From IMG/VR virus record IMGVR_UViG_3300012667_000312, positions 1-32,299 of that record: a stretch of 32,299 bases of DNA; one strand, given 5' to 3'. Positions 9,943 through 18,645 of this stretch are shown in pieces (the stretch's first letter is position 1; every line of letters begins with the position of its first letter). This DNA is from a virus (lineage: Duplodnaviria; Caudoviricetes). The notes beneath the pieces are model-generated. The model ran no database searches and had not been told where the DNA came from. It worked only from the letters and a program-made list of their open reading frames with translations. Both the position numbers and the translations under genes were made by a program.

Positions 9943-9971
9943 TATCATTTATTTTATAAAATAATACTTAA
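9943..9971 (+). promoter_or_regulatory. Putative late promoter PL2 (TATC-N16-AATACTTAA)
   Basis: Directly after the terminator and 6 nt before ATG 9978. Confidence 0.7.
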
Positions 9972-9977
9972 GTAGTA

Positions 9978-10370
9978 ATGATATTGATTAACAAAAATAG
10001 CGTGAATACTTGCATCCTGACGTTAAGCGAAAGAACTACGTTAACGAATGCTAAGTATTTATTTGAGTTTACAAACGATAGCACCAAACAAGTAAAGACA
10101 TTTATTTGTGCCGATGTATCAACTAACAAGTTGAGGTATAACGAATTTTTGATTGAAGAAAATGCAACAGAAAATTTATTAATAGGCAAAGTATCATTGA
10201 CTATCGGTGACTGGAAATATAACATATATCAACAAACATCAACTACTAATTTAGTGGTTGCAAATAGTGGCGCATTGGTTGAGAATGGCAAAGTAGAAGT
10301 GAAAGGAACATCAACTAATTTAGCGGAGTTTACAAGCGAACAAACAACATACACGGAATTTAATGGCTAA
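9978..10370 (+). CDS. Hypothetical virion protein (130 aa)
   Basis: Precedes the portal; YLFEF..RYNEF..G.WKYNIYQQ pattern. Confidence 0.6.
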   Translation: MILINKNSVNTCILTLSERTTLTNAKYLFEFTNDSTKQVKTFICADVSTNKLRYNEFLIEENATENLLIGKVSLTIGDWKYNIYQQTSTTNLVVANSGALVENGKVEVKGTSTNLAEFTSEQTTYTEFNG

Positions 10371-12423
10371 GAATAATACATCAATCGAGGTTCTAAATAG
10401 TAATTTAGCTTTCGTTCAATTTGGCGAAGAAAAAAGACCTGAGCTAAAAAAAGACTGGCAACACGATTACATAAAATACGGAAAGAAAAACGATTTCCCA
10501 CAAGAACTTATTCGTTACTTTGAAGAACACGCAGAGCATGGCGCGATAGTAAATGCAAAGGCTCGTTATCTTTGGGGACGTGGATTAAAGGCGGTTAACG
10601 AAGAACAAAACGAAATAGCAGACCAATTTTTAAGTAAGGCTAATCGTTTTGAATCATGGTATAAAATGGGACAAAAGATGTCCTTAGATTGCGAGCTATT
10701 TAATGCGTTTTATTTGCAAGTAATTACCGACATTAATGGAAAACCTGTTGAGTATTACCATTTGCAATATGCTAACTGCCGACTAAGTGAATGTAAAACT
10801 AAATTATATTTTAGTGAAGACTGGACTAAACATAGCCCTGAATTTAGAATATTTACTATCTACAAAAAAGGTAGCGTAGGCACGTTCTTTACACCTTTCA
10901 GATACTATCAACCTGCAAAGAGTAGATTAGATGCTGTTTATACCAAAGTGCCTTATAATGGCTGTTTAAGTGAAATTAAGAGTGACATTGATATTACCAC
11001 ATTTAATGAATCATTTATTAGACGTGGTTTCAGTAGCTCAATGATGGTTACGTTCTTTAATGGTGAACAGCCTCCCGAAGTTAAAAGAGCTATCAAAGAA
11101 AGGTTTGAGCAAACTTATACAGGTGTTGAGAATGCTGGTAGTGTAGTGTTAAACTTCGCTGATAAGAACGGACAGGCGGCGGCAATACAACCGATAAGCA
11201 TAGATGAGTTAGATAAAAAGTTTGAATTTACATCTAAGCGTTTACAACAAAAGATTTTAGTATCTCACAACGTAACTAATCCCGAAATATTCGGAGTTAA
11301 GACAGAGGGTAGTGCTTTAGGTAATAGGGTATCTGTAAAAGAATCTTATGAGTTATTCCTTAACACATACAGTAAACCACGTCAAGAGCCATTGTTAAGT
11401 TTTATTTCAGATGCGTGCTATTTGATGACGGGTGTTTATGTTGAGTTTGATTTTGACCAATTAGAGCCTATCGGTTACGATTTCTCAACTGACCAAGATT
11501 TGACTCAGGATGAAAGACGCGCTATTAAAGGCTTTGAGCCGTTAAGCGAACAACAACCTACTGAACAAATACAAGCTCAAGTAAATAGCACATTGACTAA
11601 CTTAACAGGTCGTCAATTCCAAGGGTTAATGCGAATCGTAAATAAGTACGATAAAGGCACGATTAACAAGCAGTCAGCTATTGCTTTAATGGTTAATGGA
11701 TTTGGTTTGTCAAATGAAGATGCATTAACTTTCTTAAACGAAAACGACGCGATTGATGAAAGCATTGTTAAAATGTCTAAACAAAACGAAGATGTTATTT
11801 TAGCTAAATTCTTAGAACTTGCTGAGCCTGACAACGAAGGCCACGAAGTATTATTTGAAGAGGAAGTACACATACATAATTTAAAAGACGCTCTTAAATA
11901 CGAATTAAAGGCGCATAGAATGTACTTTGAGGATGCATTGAATATTAGTGTAACAGATTTAGACAAAGCAGTTTTAAACGCAATTAAAGGTAATCCTACA
12001 TTGACTCAAGAAGAATTATCAAAGTTGCTAAATGTTTCGATTGAGAAAATTAAACAATCAGTTTTCAGATTAAAAGAAAAGGGACTAGTTGAGAAAAACG
12101 CTAGAGCCTATGAAGTAACTGATAAGGGGATTGAAAAAAAAAGTGAGCCAATTAAAACTACTACAATCAAAACTGTTTATAAATATGCTGTAAGAACACC
12201 GACACCACCATTAAAGGGTAATTCAAGAAAATATTGCAGAGATTTAATGGCTATGAGTAAAGATAAACATTGGACTTATGAACAACTTGAAAAGATGGAA
12301 AACGAATTTGGAATGAATGCATTTGATTACCGCGGTGGGTGGTGGACAAACGCAAACACTGGAGAAACTACACCTTACTGTCGTCACATTTGGAAAGCAA
12401 TCACAATAAAAGAAACTAAATAA
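10363..12423 (+). CDS. Portal protein with long C-terminal extension (winged-HTH plus Cys/His domain), 686 aa
   Basis: YG..NDFP, HGAIVNAK..Y..GRG, TG.ENAG, QKILVSH..T.P.IFG portal motifs in about the first 380 aa; additional domains follow. Confidence 0.85.
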   Translation: MAKNNTSIEVLNSNLAFVQFGEEKRPELKKDWQHDYIKYGKKNDFPQELIRYFEEHAEHGAIVNAKARYLWGRGLKAVNEEQNEIADQFLSKANRFESWYKMGQKMSLDCELFNAFYLQVITDINGKPVEYYHLQYANCRLSECKTKLYFSEDWTKHSPEFRIFTIYKKGSVGTFFTPFRYYQPAKSRLDAVYTKVPYNGCLSEIKSDIDITTFNESFIRRGFSSSMMVTFFNGEQPPEVKRAIKERFEQTYTGVENAGSVVLNFADKNGQAAAIQPISIDELDKKFEFTSKRLQQKILVSHNVTNPEIFGVKTEGSALGNRVSVKESYELFLNTYSKPRQEPLLSFISDACYLMTGVYVEFDFDQLEPIGYDFSTDQDLTQDERRAIKGFEPLSEQQPTEQIQAQVNSTLTNLTGRQFQGLMRIVNKYDKGTINKQSAIALMVNGFGLSNEDALTFLNENDAIDESIVKMSKQNEDVILAKFLELAEPDNEGHEVLFEEEVHIHNLKDALKYELKAHRMYFEDALNISVTDLDKAVLNAIKGNPTLTQEELSKLLNVSIEKIKQSVFRLKEKGLVEKNARAYEVTDKGIEKKSEPIKTTTIKTVYKYAVRTPTPPLKGNSRKYCRDLMAMSKDKHWTYEQLEKMENEFGMNAFDYRGGWWTNANTGETTPYCRHIWKAITIKETK

Positions 12424-12424
12424 A

Positions 12425-12994
12425 ATGGATGCACTTTTTATAAGCCAACAATATTTAAAGGATAAATCACTTATCAATGATAACACTGACTGGGAGTTAT
12501 TACAGCCTTCAATTATTATGATACAAGATTTGTATTTACAACAAGTATTAGGCACTCCTTTGTTTGAGGACTTACAGGATAAGATTACCTATAACACGCT
12601 TTCAGTTGATGAAACTAATCTAATCAAAAAGTACATTCAAAAGATGTTGCATTGGTATATTTTAATGGAAGCGACAACCATTTTAAAGTATAGATATACA
12701 AATAAAGGCGTGATGGTTAAGAGTTCGGAAAACTCACAACCAATAAGTGAAAGCGAGATGAAAGTAGTTAAGGACGAATGGCGAAGCATAGGCGAACGCT
12801 ACAGTGAACTTTTAACTAAATATTTAATCAAATATTCGTCAACTTTTCCACTTTATAATACTTACAATAGTGAGGGAATGAATCGTTCATTAACTAACTT
12901 AAGTACGGGAATATTTATCAATGATGACTACATCATTCGCAAAGTTAATCCAAGTGATAACGATCAATTAACTGATTTCGGATGGACATACTAA
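12425..12994 (+). CDS. Head-tail adaptor-like protein (DUF6712-like)
   Basis: ALFIS...LK....I..N.D...L.P.I...QD..LQ.VLGT.LF pattern; follows the portal. Confidence 0.65.
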   Translation: MDALFISQQYLKDKSLINDNTDWELLQPSIIMIQDLYLQQVLGTPLFEDLQDKITYNTLSVDETNLIKKYIQKMLHWYILMEATTILKYRYTNKGVMVKSSENSQPISESEMKVVKDEWRSIGERYSELLTKYLIKYSSTFPLYNTYNSEGMNRSLTNLSTGIFINDDYIIRKVNPSDNDQLTDFGWTY

Positions 12995-12997
12995 GAT

Positions 12998-13126
12998 ATG
13001 AGCAAAGCAAACGAAAAGAAAATTATAGAAAAATTAAAGGTTTTAAAGCCTCAAGTATATGCTAACATTAAATCAAACGATAGAGATTTTAAAAAACTTT
13101 ACTTCCAAACACAAAAGCCTAAATAG
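12998..13126 (+). CDS. Small basic protein (42 aa, MSKANEKKIIEKLKVL...)
   Basis: ATG 3 nt after the upstream stop; overlaps the next gene by 68 nt. Confidence 0.4.
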   Translation: MSKANEKKIIEKLKVLKPQVYANIKSNDRDFKKLYFQTQKPK

Positions 13127-13706
13127 CTTTTACTTTGGCGACAAGTGGGAGGTAGGGGCAAGCAATCCGATTCAATACCCTTTGCTTTGGTGTTCGTTAA
13201 GTTCATCAACAATCACTAACAATGTTATCGAAAGAAAATTTGTTATTGATATTTCTGACAAAGTAAACTTAGACGAATCAAACGAAACGCACGTTTTAAG
13301 CGACTGCGAAATGATAGCCTATGATTTACTTAACTATCTTGAGCAAATCGCTGACAGTGGCGAAATAGGCATTAAAATACAATCAAATACATCACTGACT
13401 GACTATACAGAAGATAGAGACGACATGGTTTCAGGTTGGTTCTTTGAGGTTTCAATTAGTTCTCACATTGGGAACTATTCATGTAACTTACCTATCAGTA
13501 ATGGTAATATCTTTGATGGTAATTACATTTACATTGACGGCCAATACAACGTGTCATGCGGAGACTTTGAAGTATTAATCAAAGACCAAAGCGGTAACAC
13601 TTTACAAACATTTACAACAAGTGGAACTTACACTGTAGAGGTGTTACAAAACATTATTGATACAATCACATCAAATACATCAACAATCATTCAACCATTA
13701 ACATAG
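13059..13706 (+). CDS. Tail completion/terminator-like protein (215 aa)
   Basis: YPLLW, VLSDCE.IA.D and DMVSGW motifs; acidic; position in the neck module. Confidence 0.55.
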   Translation: MLTLNQTIEILKNFTSKHKSLNSFYFGDKWEVGASNPIQYPLLWCSLSSSTITNNVIERKFVIDISDKVNLDESNETHVLSDCEMIAYDLLNYLEQIADSGEIGIKIQSNTSLTDYTEDRDDMVSGWFFEVSISSHIGNYSCNLPISNGNIFDGNYIYIDGQYNVSCGDFEVLIKDQSGNTLQTFTTSGTYTVEVLQNIIDTITSNTSTIIQPLT

Positions 13707-15155
13707 ATGGCAAACGTAAACATACAATTAGGTTACAAGGATAGTGCATGGTTCACGGCAAATGCAACATTAGTTTTGCTTGCTGGTCAGGTAGTATACT
13801 TGCAACAAACGGGGCAGTATAAAATTGGTAACGGGGTTACTCAACTAAGCGCATTGGCCTTCTTAGGTAGCTCAGTGATAGCAACCGAAACACAATTAGT
13901 TACGGCAACTGTAGTAAACAAAACAGGGGTTAATTTATTAGCTTCAAACTACCAAGCTGTTAAGGTTTCAACGGCTCAAGGTCAACGTTTAGCAGTTGAT
14001 TTTGCACAAGCAAACAATGATAATAATAGTGCTGATACTATTGGTTTAGTAAGAGAAAATATATCTAATAACCAAGAGGGCGATGTTGTTATTTTAGGGC
14101 AAATAGTTGAAGTAAATACAACAGGAAGTTTACAAAGTGAAACGTGGACAGATGGGGACGTATTATATTTAAGTCCTACAACTGCTGGACGAATAACAAA
14201 CGTAAAGCCTACAGGATTAACAGGACACATAGTGGTTATTGGTTATGTCGAATATGCTCACGCTATACATGGAAAAATTTACACCAAGATTATGAATGGG
14301 TGGGAATTAGAAGAACTCCATAACGTAGCCGACGTAAGCTATACAACTCCTATTGATGCTGATAGCTTATTGATTAAAGATAGTACGGCTTCATTATGGA
14401 AACGATTAACATGGGCTAATTTAAAGACTTTAATTTTTACCATTCCATCATTAGTTAGTCAGGCGGCTGGTGTTGCTATTACTGGGGTTCAATGGGTATT
14501 AGGTTCTAAACAATGGATAGGCGGTAATATTACTACTCAAAAAGAAATAGAGTTAACATCACCTAGCTATTCATTTACAACATCGTCAACGATTACCAAC
14601 GCTTATTCAATGTATGTTAATGCGCCTACAGCGTCAACAAATGCAACGATAACAAACAATTATGCGATTGGTGCAAATGGTAATATTTTAATGACTAATA
14701 ACAAGGCCATTCAAGTATTAGATGCAACTGGAACTCCAAGAAACTTAATTAGCTATACATCGGCTGATAACATTAATATTAACGGAAAACAAGGCAGTTC
14801 AGACATATTCATCAATCCAACATCAACTAATAAAGGAATGGTTCTTAAATCAACGGGAACTATCGGAATATATGGAGTAGCCACACCTACAGCACGCTTA
14901 CATGTTGGTGCTGGCGAAAGCGGAGTTAATGCCGCACCTTTGAAATTTACAAGCGGAACAAATCAAACAACTGCTGAGGCTGGAGCAATGGAATATAATA
15001 ATACATTGTATTTCACGAACAGTGATGCAACAAGACGACACGTTGCATTAAGTACAAACTCGACGAAGGTCACTGCTGGTGCGCCTTACACGAATGACGG
15101 CTATATAACTTTAAACATAAACGGAATTGATTTTAAAATTTTAACTACAGCTTAA
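13707..15155 (+). CDS. Tail fibre protein (482 aa)
   Basis: N-terminus W.TAN..LVLLAGQ....TGQYKIGNG resembles Mtd-N/hyaluronidase N-termini; GDVLYLSPTTAG.IT.VKP, ELEELHNV and GIYGVATPTARLHV fibre motifs. Confidence 0.8.
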   Translation: MANVNIQLGYKDSAWFTANATLVLLAGQVVYLQQTGQYKIGNGVTQLSALAFLGSSVIATETQLVTATVVNKTGVNLLASNYQAVKVSTAQGQRLAVDFAQANNDNNSADTIGLVRENISNNQEGDVVILGQIVEVNTTGSLQSETWTDGDVLYLSPTTAGRITNVKPTGLTGHIVVIGYVEYAHAIHGKIYTKIMNGWELEELHNVADVSYTTPIDADSLLIKDSTASLWKRLTWANLKTLIFTIPSLVSQAAGVAITGVQWVLGSKQWIGGNITTQKEIELTSPSYSFTTSSTITNAYSMYVNAPTASTNATITNNYAIGANGNILMTNNKAIQVLDATGTPRNLISYTSADNININGKQGSSDIFINPTSTNKGMVLKSTGTIGIYGVATPTARLHVGAGESGVNAAPLKFTSGTNQTTAEAGAMEYNNTLYFTNSDATRRHVALSTNSTKVTAGAPYTNDGYITLNINGIDFKILTTA

Positions 15156-15156
15156 T

Positions 15157-15363
15157 ATGACACTAATTTACTTTAATGCACCTGACAAGCCTGAAAACAT
15201 TGGTATTTCACAATTAACAAATGATTTACAATTATTCATTGACGAAAGATTAAATATATTCGTTAACTATGCTATTGTTGGCAATCAAATACAGTTCGAT
15301 GTAAACGAAGAACAAAGAGGTTACGCACTATTCTTTGACGTGCCAAATGACTTTCAAAATTAA
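15157..15363 (+). CDS. Hypothetical protein (68 aa), possibly a fibre chaperone
   Basis: Directly follows the fibre gene; function inferred from position only. Confidence 0.55.
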   Translation: MTLIYFNAPDKPENIGISQLTNDLQLFIDERLNIFVNYAIVGNQIQFDVNEEQRGYALFFDVPNDFQN

Positions 15364-15392
15364 TATCAATTACTAAAATTTTTAATACTTAA
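15364..15392 (+). promoter_or_regulatory. Putative late promoter PL3 (TATC-N16-AATACTTAA)
   Basis: Intergenic, 11 nt before ATG 15404. Confidence 0.7.
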
Positions 15393-15403
15393 AATAAAAG
15401 AAA

Positions 15404-15700
15404 ATGCTACAAGAAATAAACGATGCAATGGTTAACCGAATGGGCGGTTTCGCTGGTTCGAGAACAGTAACAGGAACGGGTGCTTTAACAAGTTTGAATT
15501 ACGCTCAATTCTACGTGCGCGAGGATACAGTTATTGGCACATTGACTGGTACTGACAACCAAACAAACGCAACATCAAACCTATTGACTACATTAGGAAT
15601 TTCAGCTGTTACATTGAAGGCTGGAGAGTTACACGTTGCACCATACGGCACTCGTATTAGCGCGGTAACTTTAACAAGTGGTTCAATAATACTTTACTAA
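15404..15700 (+). CDS. Small beta-rich virion protein (98 aa)
   Basis: Thr/Gly-rich, ends VTLTSGSIILY; first gene after PL3. Confidence 0.6.
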   Translation: MLQEINDAMVNRMGGFAGSRTVTGTGALTSLNYAQFYVREDTVIGTLTGTDNQTNATSNLLTTLGISAVTLKAGELHVAPYGTRISAVTLTSGSIILY

Positions 15701-15701
15701 A

Positions 15702-15815
15702 ATGAGAATAGGTAGAAGTATATCAATAGGAATAGTAAGGCGACCTATAATAACTATCTCAACAAATTGGAATGATAGCCTAACTTGGGTAGATTCAAAT
15801 ACTTGGACTGAATAA
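15702..15815 (+). CDS. Small Trp-repeat peptide (37 aa, ...NWNDSLTWVDSNTWTE)
   Basis: Not in the ORF track; ATG 1 nt after the upstream stop and fills the gap. Confidence 0.6.
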   Translation: MRIGRSISIGIVRRPIITISTNWNDSLTWVDSNTWTE

Positions 15816-15829
15816 AAAAAATTTTAAAC

Positions 15830-16267
15830 ATGGCAGCAATATCAAGCATATCAAATGGCGAAGCTCTTTTGTCAGTTAGAACAAAACTAAATGATGTTAT
15901 AACTGAAATCAACTTACTAGACCCTACGGGATGGGTTGATTATTCAGCAACATCAACTGTTGTAGGGTGGAGTAGTTTACCGACAAAAATTATTAAATAT
16001 AGAATAATTGGTAAGCAAGTTTTTGTGATTTTTTCATTAGATGGTACTTCAAATAATACAGCAACAACATTTACTTTACCAAATAACGCTTTAACAGGTA
16101 ATGAATTAGCAGGAAGATTTGTAAACAATGGAGCTTTAGCTGCTGGTTATACTAGAGTAAATACTAATTCTAACATAATTACATTATTACCTTTAATATC
16201 TTCTGCAACATGGACTGCATCGGGAAATAAAGTAGTTACGGGTCAATTTTTTTATGATATAGCTTAA
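15830..16267 (+). CDS. Short fibre/receptor-binding-like protein (145 aa)
   Basis: ISNGEALLSVRTKLND attachment-like N-terminus; YRIIGKQVFV...TFTLP receptor-binding-head-like C-terminus. Confidence 0.6.
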   Translation: MAAISSISNGEALLSVRTKLNDVITEINLLDPTGWVDYSATSTVVGWSSLPTKIIKYRIIGKQVFVIFSLDGTSNNTATTFTLPNNALTGNELAGRFVNNGALAAGYTRVNTNSNIITLLPLISSATWTASGNKVVTGQFFYDIA

Positions 16268-16277
16268 ATTTAATATT

Positions 16278-16502
16278 ATGACAATATACACAGCAACACA
16301 ACAAGAAATTAAAATATTAAATATAAATAATGTTGAAATTACAAGGTCAGTAGTTTACATTAACAATGTAGTATTTGACGATGTAATGTTAGCACAAGGA
16401 ACTATTGAATTTCCTAATTTAAGAGTTTTAGAATTATCGTTAAATAGTGGCGACGTAGTAAGCGCAATAGACAACGACTTAATAACTTATACAATAGAAT
16501 AA
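16278..16502 (+). CDS. Hypothetical protein (74 aa)
   Basis: Tightly packed ORF. Confidence 0.6.
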   Translation: MTIYTATQQEIKILNINNVEITRSVVYINNVVFDDVMLAQGTIEFPNLRVLELSLNSGDVVSAIDNDLITYTIE

Positions 16503-16505
16503 CTT

Positions 16506-16754
16506 ATGTTAAATACTGAAAATGCTATAAAACTCGTCACTTTCGTTGCTGGTCTTTCTTCAATGTACTATGCTATTAAATCTGATATAAGAGAGATAAA
16601 CACAGAGAAACACTACGAAATAGAGCATTTGCAGTATCAGATTAATGAGATTAAACAGAACTGTTGCGATGATACAAGGCGCAAATCTTTCGCCATTGAC
16701 ATCAAACAACCTGAAGCAATTAAGCCTAAAAACGAAATTGACGAAGTATTTTAA
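16506..16754 (+). CDS. Single-TM membrane protein, holin/antiholin candidate (82 aa)
   Basis: Hydrophobic LVTFVAGLSSMYYAI followed by a coiled coil; directly upstream of the endolysin (TAATG overlap). Confidence 0.5.
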   Translation: MLNTENAIKLVTFVAGLSSMYYAIKSDIREINTEKHYEIEHLQYQINEIKQNCCDDTRRKSFAIDIKQPEAIKPKNEIDEVF

Positions 16755-16789
16755 TGACTGAAAGACGTTACAATTATTTATTTAAAAAA

Positions 16790-17224
16790 ATGGAATTATA
16801 TTTAAAACGCGAAACATTTACAGAACAGTCAACTATTGGAAAACTAAGCATTGATGGGCAGTTTGAATGCTTTATATTAGAAGACAAAGATAGAGGATTG
16901 CACGATAAAATGTCAATTGCTGAAATTGAAGCTCACAAAGTTTTTGGTAAAACTTGTATCCCATACGGACGTTACGAGATTGACTGGACTATGAGTGCAC
17001 GTTTTAAAAAGATGATGCCTATATTGTTGAAAGTAAAAGGCTACGAAGGTATTCGAATCCATACAGGAAATTCCGAAAAAGACACGTTGGGCTGTTTACT
17101 TCCGGGAAAAAAGAGAGCTAACAATATGGTAACTGAAAGCACGGCAGCGACTAACTTACTTTATTCTAAGATCCAAACGGCTAAAAGCAGAGGCGAAAAA
17201 ATATTTATTACCATAGCCAAATGA
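16790..17224 (+). CDS. Endolysin, DUF5675 / L,D-peptidase type (alternative start 16754)
   Basis: L.R......STIG.L, CIP.G.YEI and IRIHTGN...DTLGCLLPG motifs with catalytic-like His and Cys. Confidence 0.85.
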   Translation: MELYLKRETFTEQSTIGKLSIDGQFECFILEDKDRGLHDKMSIAEIEAHKVFGKTCIPYGRYEIDWTMSARFKKMMPILLKVKGYEGIRIHTGNSEKDTLGCLLPGKKRANNMVTESTAATNLLYSKIQTAKSRGEKIFITIAK

Positions 17225-17448
17225 TTAAGAAACTACTCGCATCCTTAGACAATACAAACTACGGCTATAGCGCGCGTAAACTGACGGCCTTTATATTGGT
17301 TTCACTTGTTGTTTTAGCGCATTTAAAATGGCTTAATTTAGGTGATTTAACGCAGTTGGGCGAAGTGTTAATTATCGACTATACATTTATTAGTGCTTTA
17401 TTCGGAATGACAACATACCAAAAGATAAAATCAAATGAGCCTAAATAA
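17221..17448 (+). CDS. Holin candidate, two TM segments (75 aa)
   Basis: SARKL followed by two hydrophobic segments; within the lysis cassette. Confidence 0.65.
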   Translation: MIKKLLASLDNTNYGYSARKLTAFILVSLVVLAHLKWLNLGDLTQLGEVLIIDYTFISALFGMTTYQKIKSNEPK

Positions 17449-17941
17449 ATATTTATCCCTGGTTATATTTGGACTCCTGGTGTTCATTCTACTATTCCAA
17501 ACGTGTGGTAAGGATGAGGTCATTAAGACACAACGTTTAACCGACACGTTAATAGTAACTAAGTTGATTAACATCAGTAAGGATAGCCTTGTTATTGATA
17601 GCCTTCTAAAAGTAAAGCAACGTGTTAAGGTAGTGTTTAAACAAAAGACTGATAGCATTTACATTGCGGCCCCTGACACTTGCAAAACGTATATTAACAT
17701 GATCGTGAATAATTGCAACGATTATTTGTCTTTGAATGATTCTATTATTGAACATCAAATGTCGGTTATTAATGAGCAACGTGATTTATATCGCATACAA
17801 AGAGATTTAATTAATAAACAAAATGATATGTTGTATTCAGATAGCCTTCATATTGACAAACTAAACAAAAAAATTAAAAGAAAAAATATAACTATTGGCA
17901 TTATTTCAGCGGTGGGGTTAGGAGGATTACTTGTAAAATAG
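17435..17941 (+). CDS. Spanin-like protein (168 aa)
   Basis: N-terminal hydrophobic signal ending FQTC, a coiled coil, and a C-terminal hydrophobic tail; last gene of the lysis cassette. Confidence 0.55.
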   Translation: MSLNKYLSLVIFGLLVFILLFQTCGKDEVIKTQRLTDTLIVTKLINISKDSLVIDSLLKVKQRVKVVFKQKTDSIYIAAPDTCKTYINMIVNNCNDYLSLNDSIIEHQMSVINEQRDLYRIQRDLINKQNDMLYSDSLHIDKLNKKIKRKNITIGIISAVGLGGLLVK

Positions 17942-17986
17942 TATCTTTACACCGCAATCTTCCATTTTTTTACTTATTATCTAATT

Positions 17987-18015
17987 AGGGCGACTTTAAA
18001 AATCGCCCTTTTTTT
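17987..18015 (+). terminator. Intrinsic terminator ending the late region
   Basis: AGGGCGA / TCGCCCT stem followed by a T7 run. Confidence 0.85.
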
Positions 18016-18075
18016 ATGCGTTATAAAATTAAACGTGTTGATTTTCAATGAGTTATAAAATAATTGAATATATTT

Positions 18076-18106
18076 TTTGTATATATAAAAAGTATCTGTA
18101 TATTTG
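18076..18106 (+). promoter_or_regulatory. Early promoter matching the Bacteroidota housekeeping-sigma consensus
   Basis: TTTG (18076-79), 19-bp spacer, TATATTTG (18099-106): a full -33/-7 match. Confidence 0.85.
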
Positions 18107-18124
18107 TACTCAGATAACAACAAG

Positions 18125-18144
18125 TAAAAAATAGAAATCATGAA
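18125..18144 (+). repeat. 20-nt gene-start repeat TAAAAAATAGAAATCATGAA (exact copy 18906-18925; partial copies 18444-18464 and 22396-22409)
   Basis: Direct comparison of the sequences. Confidence 0.85.
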
Positions 18145-18439
18145 AGCAGCATTTAACTTAAAAAACTTCTTAACTGAAAACAAAGCAATGGTATTAACTA
18201 GCTATGAAAATTTAACTAAAGAAAAATTTTTTAACGGAATTTCTTTAAAAGATTTTATGTTGCAAGTTATGAATGTAATGCAAATAAATAACCCAAAAAG
18301 CGAAAAAAGAGCGGCTACTTTATTGCCTTCATTAGTTAGCATGGTAATAGTTAATAATTCTAAAATAGAAGTAGTAAATGATTTAGATGCTAAATTAAAA
18401 GCGAAATACGAAGGTACAGCGTATATGGCAATGGTATAA
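18140..18439 (+). CDS. First early protein, hypothetical (99 aa)
   Basis: First ORF after the early promoter. Confidence 0.75.
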   Translation: MKAAFNLKNFLTENKAMVLTSYENLTKEKFFNGISLKDFMLQVMNVMQINNPKSEKRAATLLPSLVSMVIVNNSKIEVVNDLDAKLKAKYEGTAYMAMV

Positions 18440-18459
18440 TAAATAAAAAACTAGAAATT

Positions 18460-18645
18460 ATGAAAACAGTAAATTTTAAAAGAGCAGGTTACGGACAATG
18501 GACAGCATCAACAGAACATTACGGAAAAACAATTAGCATTCACTTTACAGATGCGCCAACGTATGATCTAATTGATTCAGAAGAAAGAGGTTACAAGAAA
18601 GCAATCAAGTCATTAAGAAGTAGAATAATTAACCATGGCAGATAG
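18460..18645 (+). CDS. Hypothetical early protein (61 aa)
   Basis: ORF preceded by a variant of the start repeat. Confidence 0.7.
   Translation: MKTVNFKRAGYGQWTASTEHYGKTISIHFTDAPTYDLIDSEERGYKKAIKSLRSRIINHGR

Noticed and set aside
13707-15155. Diversity-generating retroelement suggested by the Mtd-like N-terminus
   Set aside because: No reverse transcriptase in the complete genome and no template/variable repeat pair seen.
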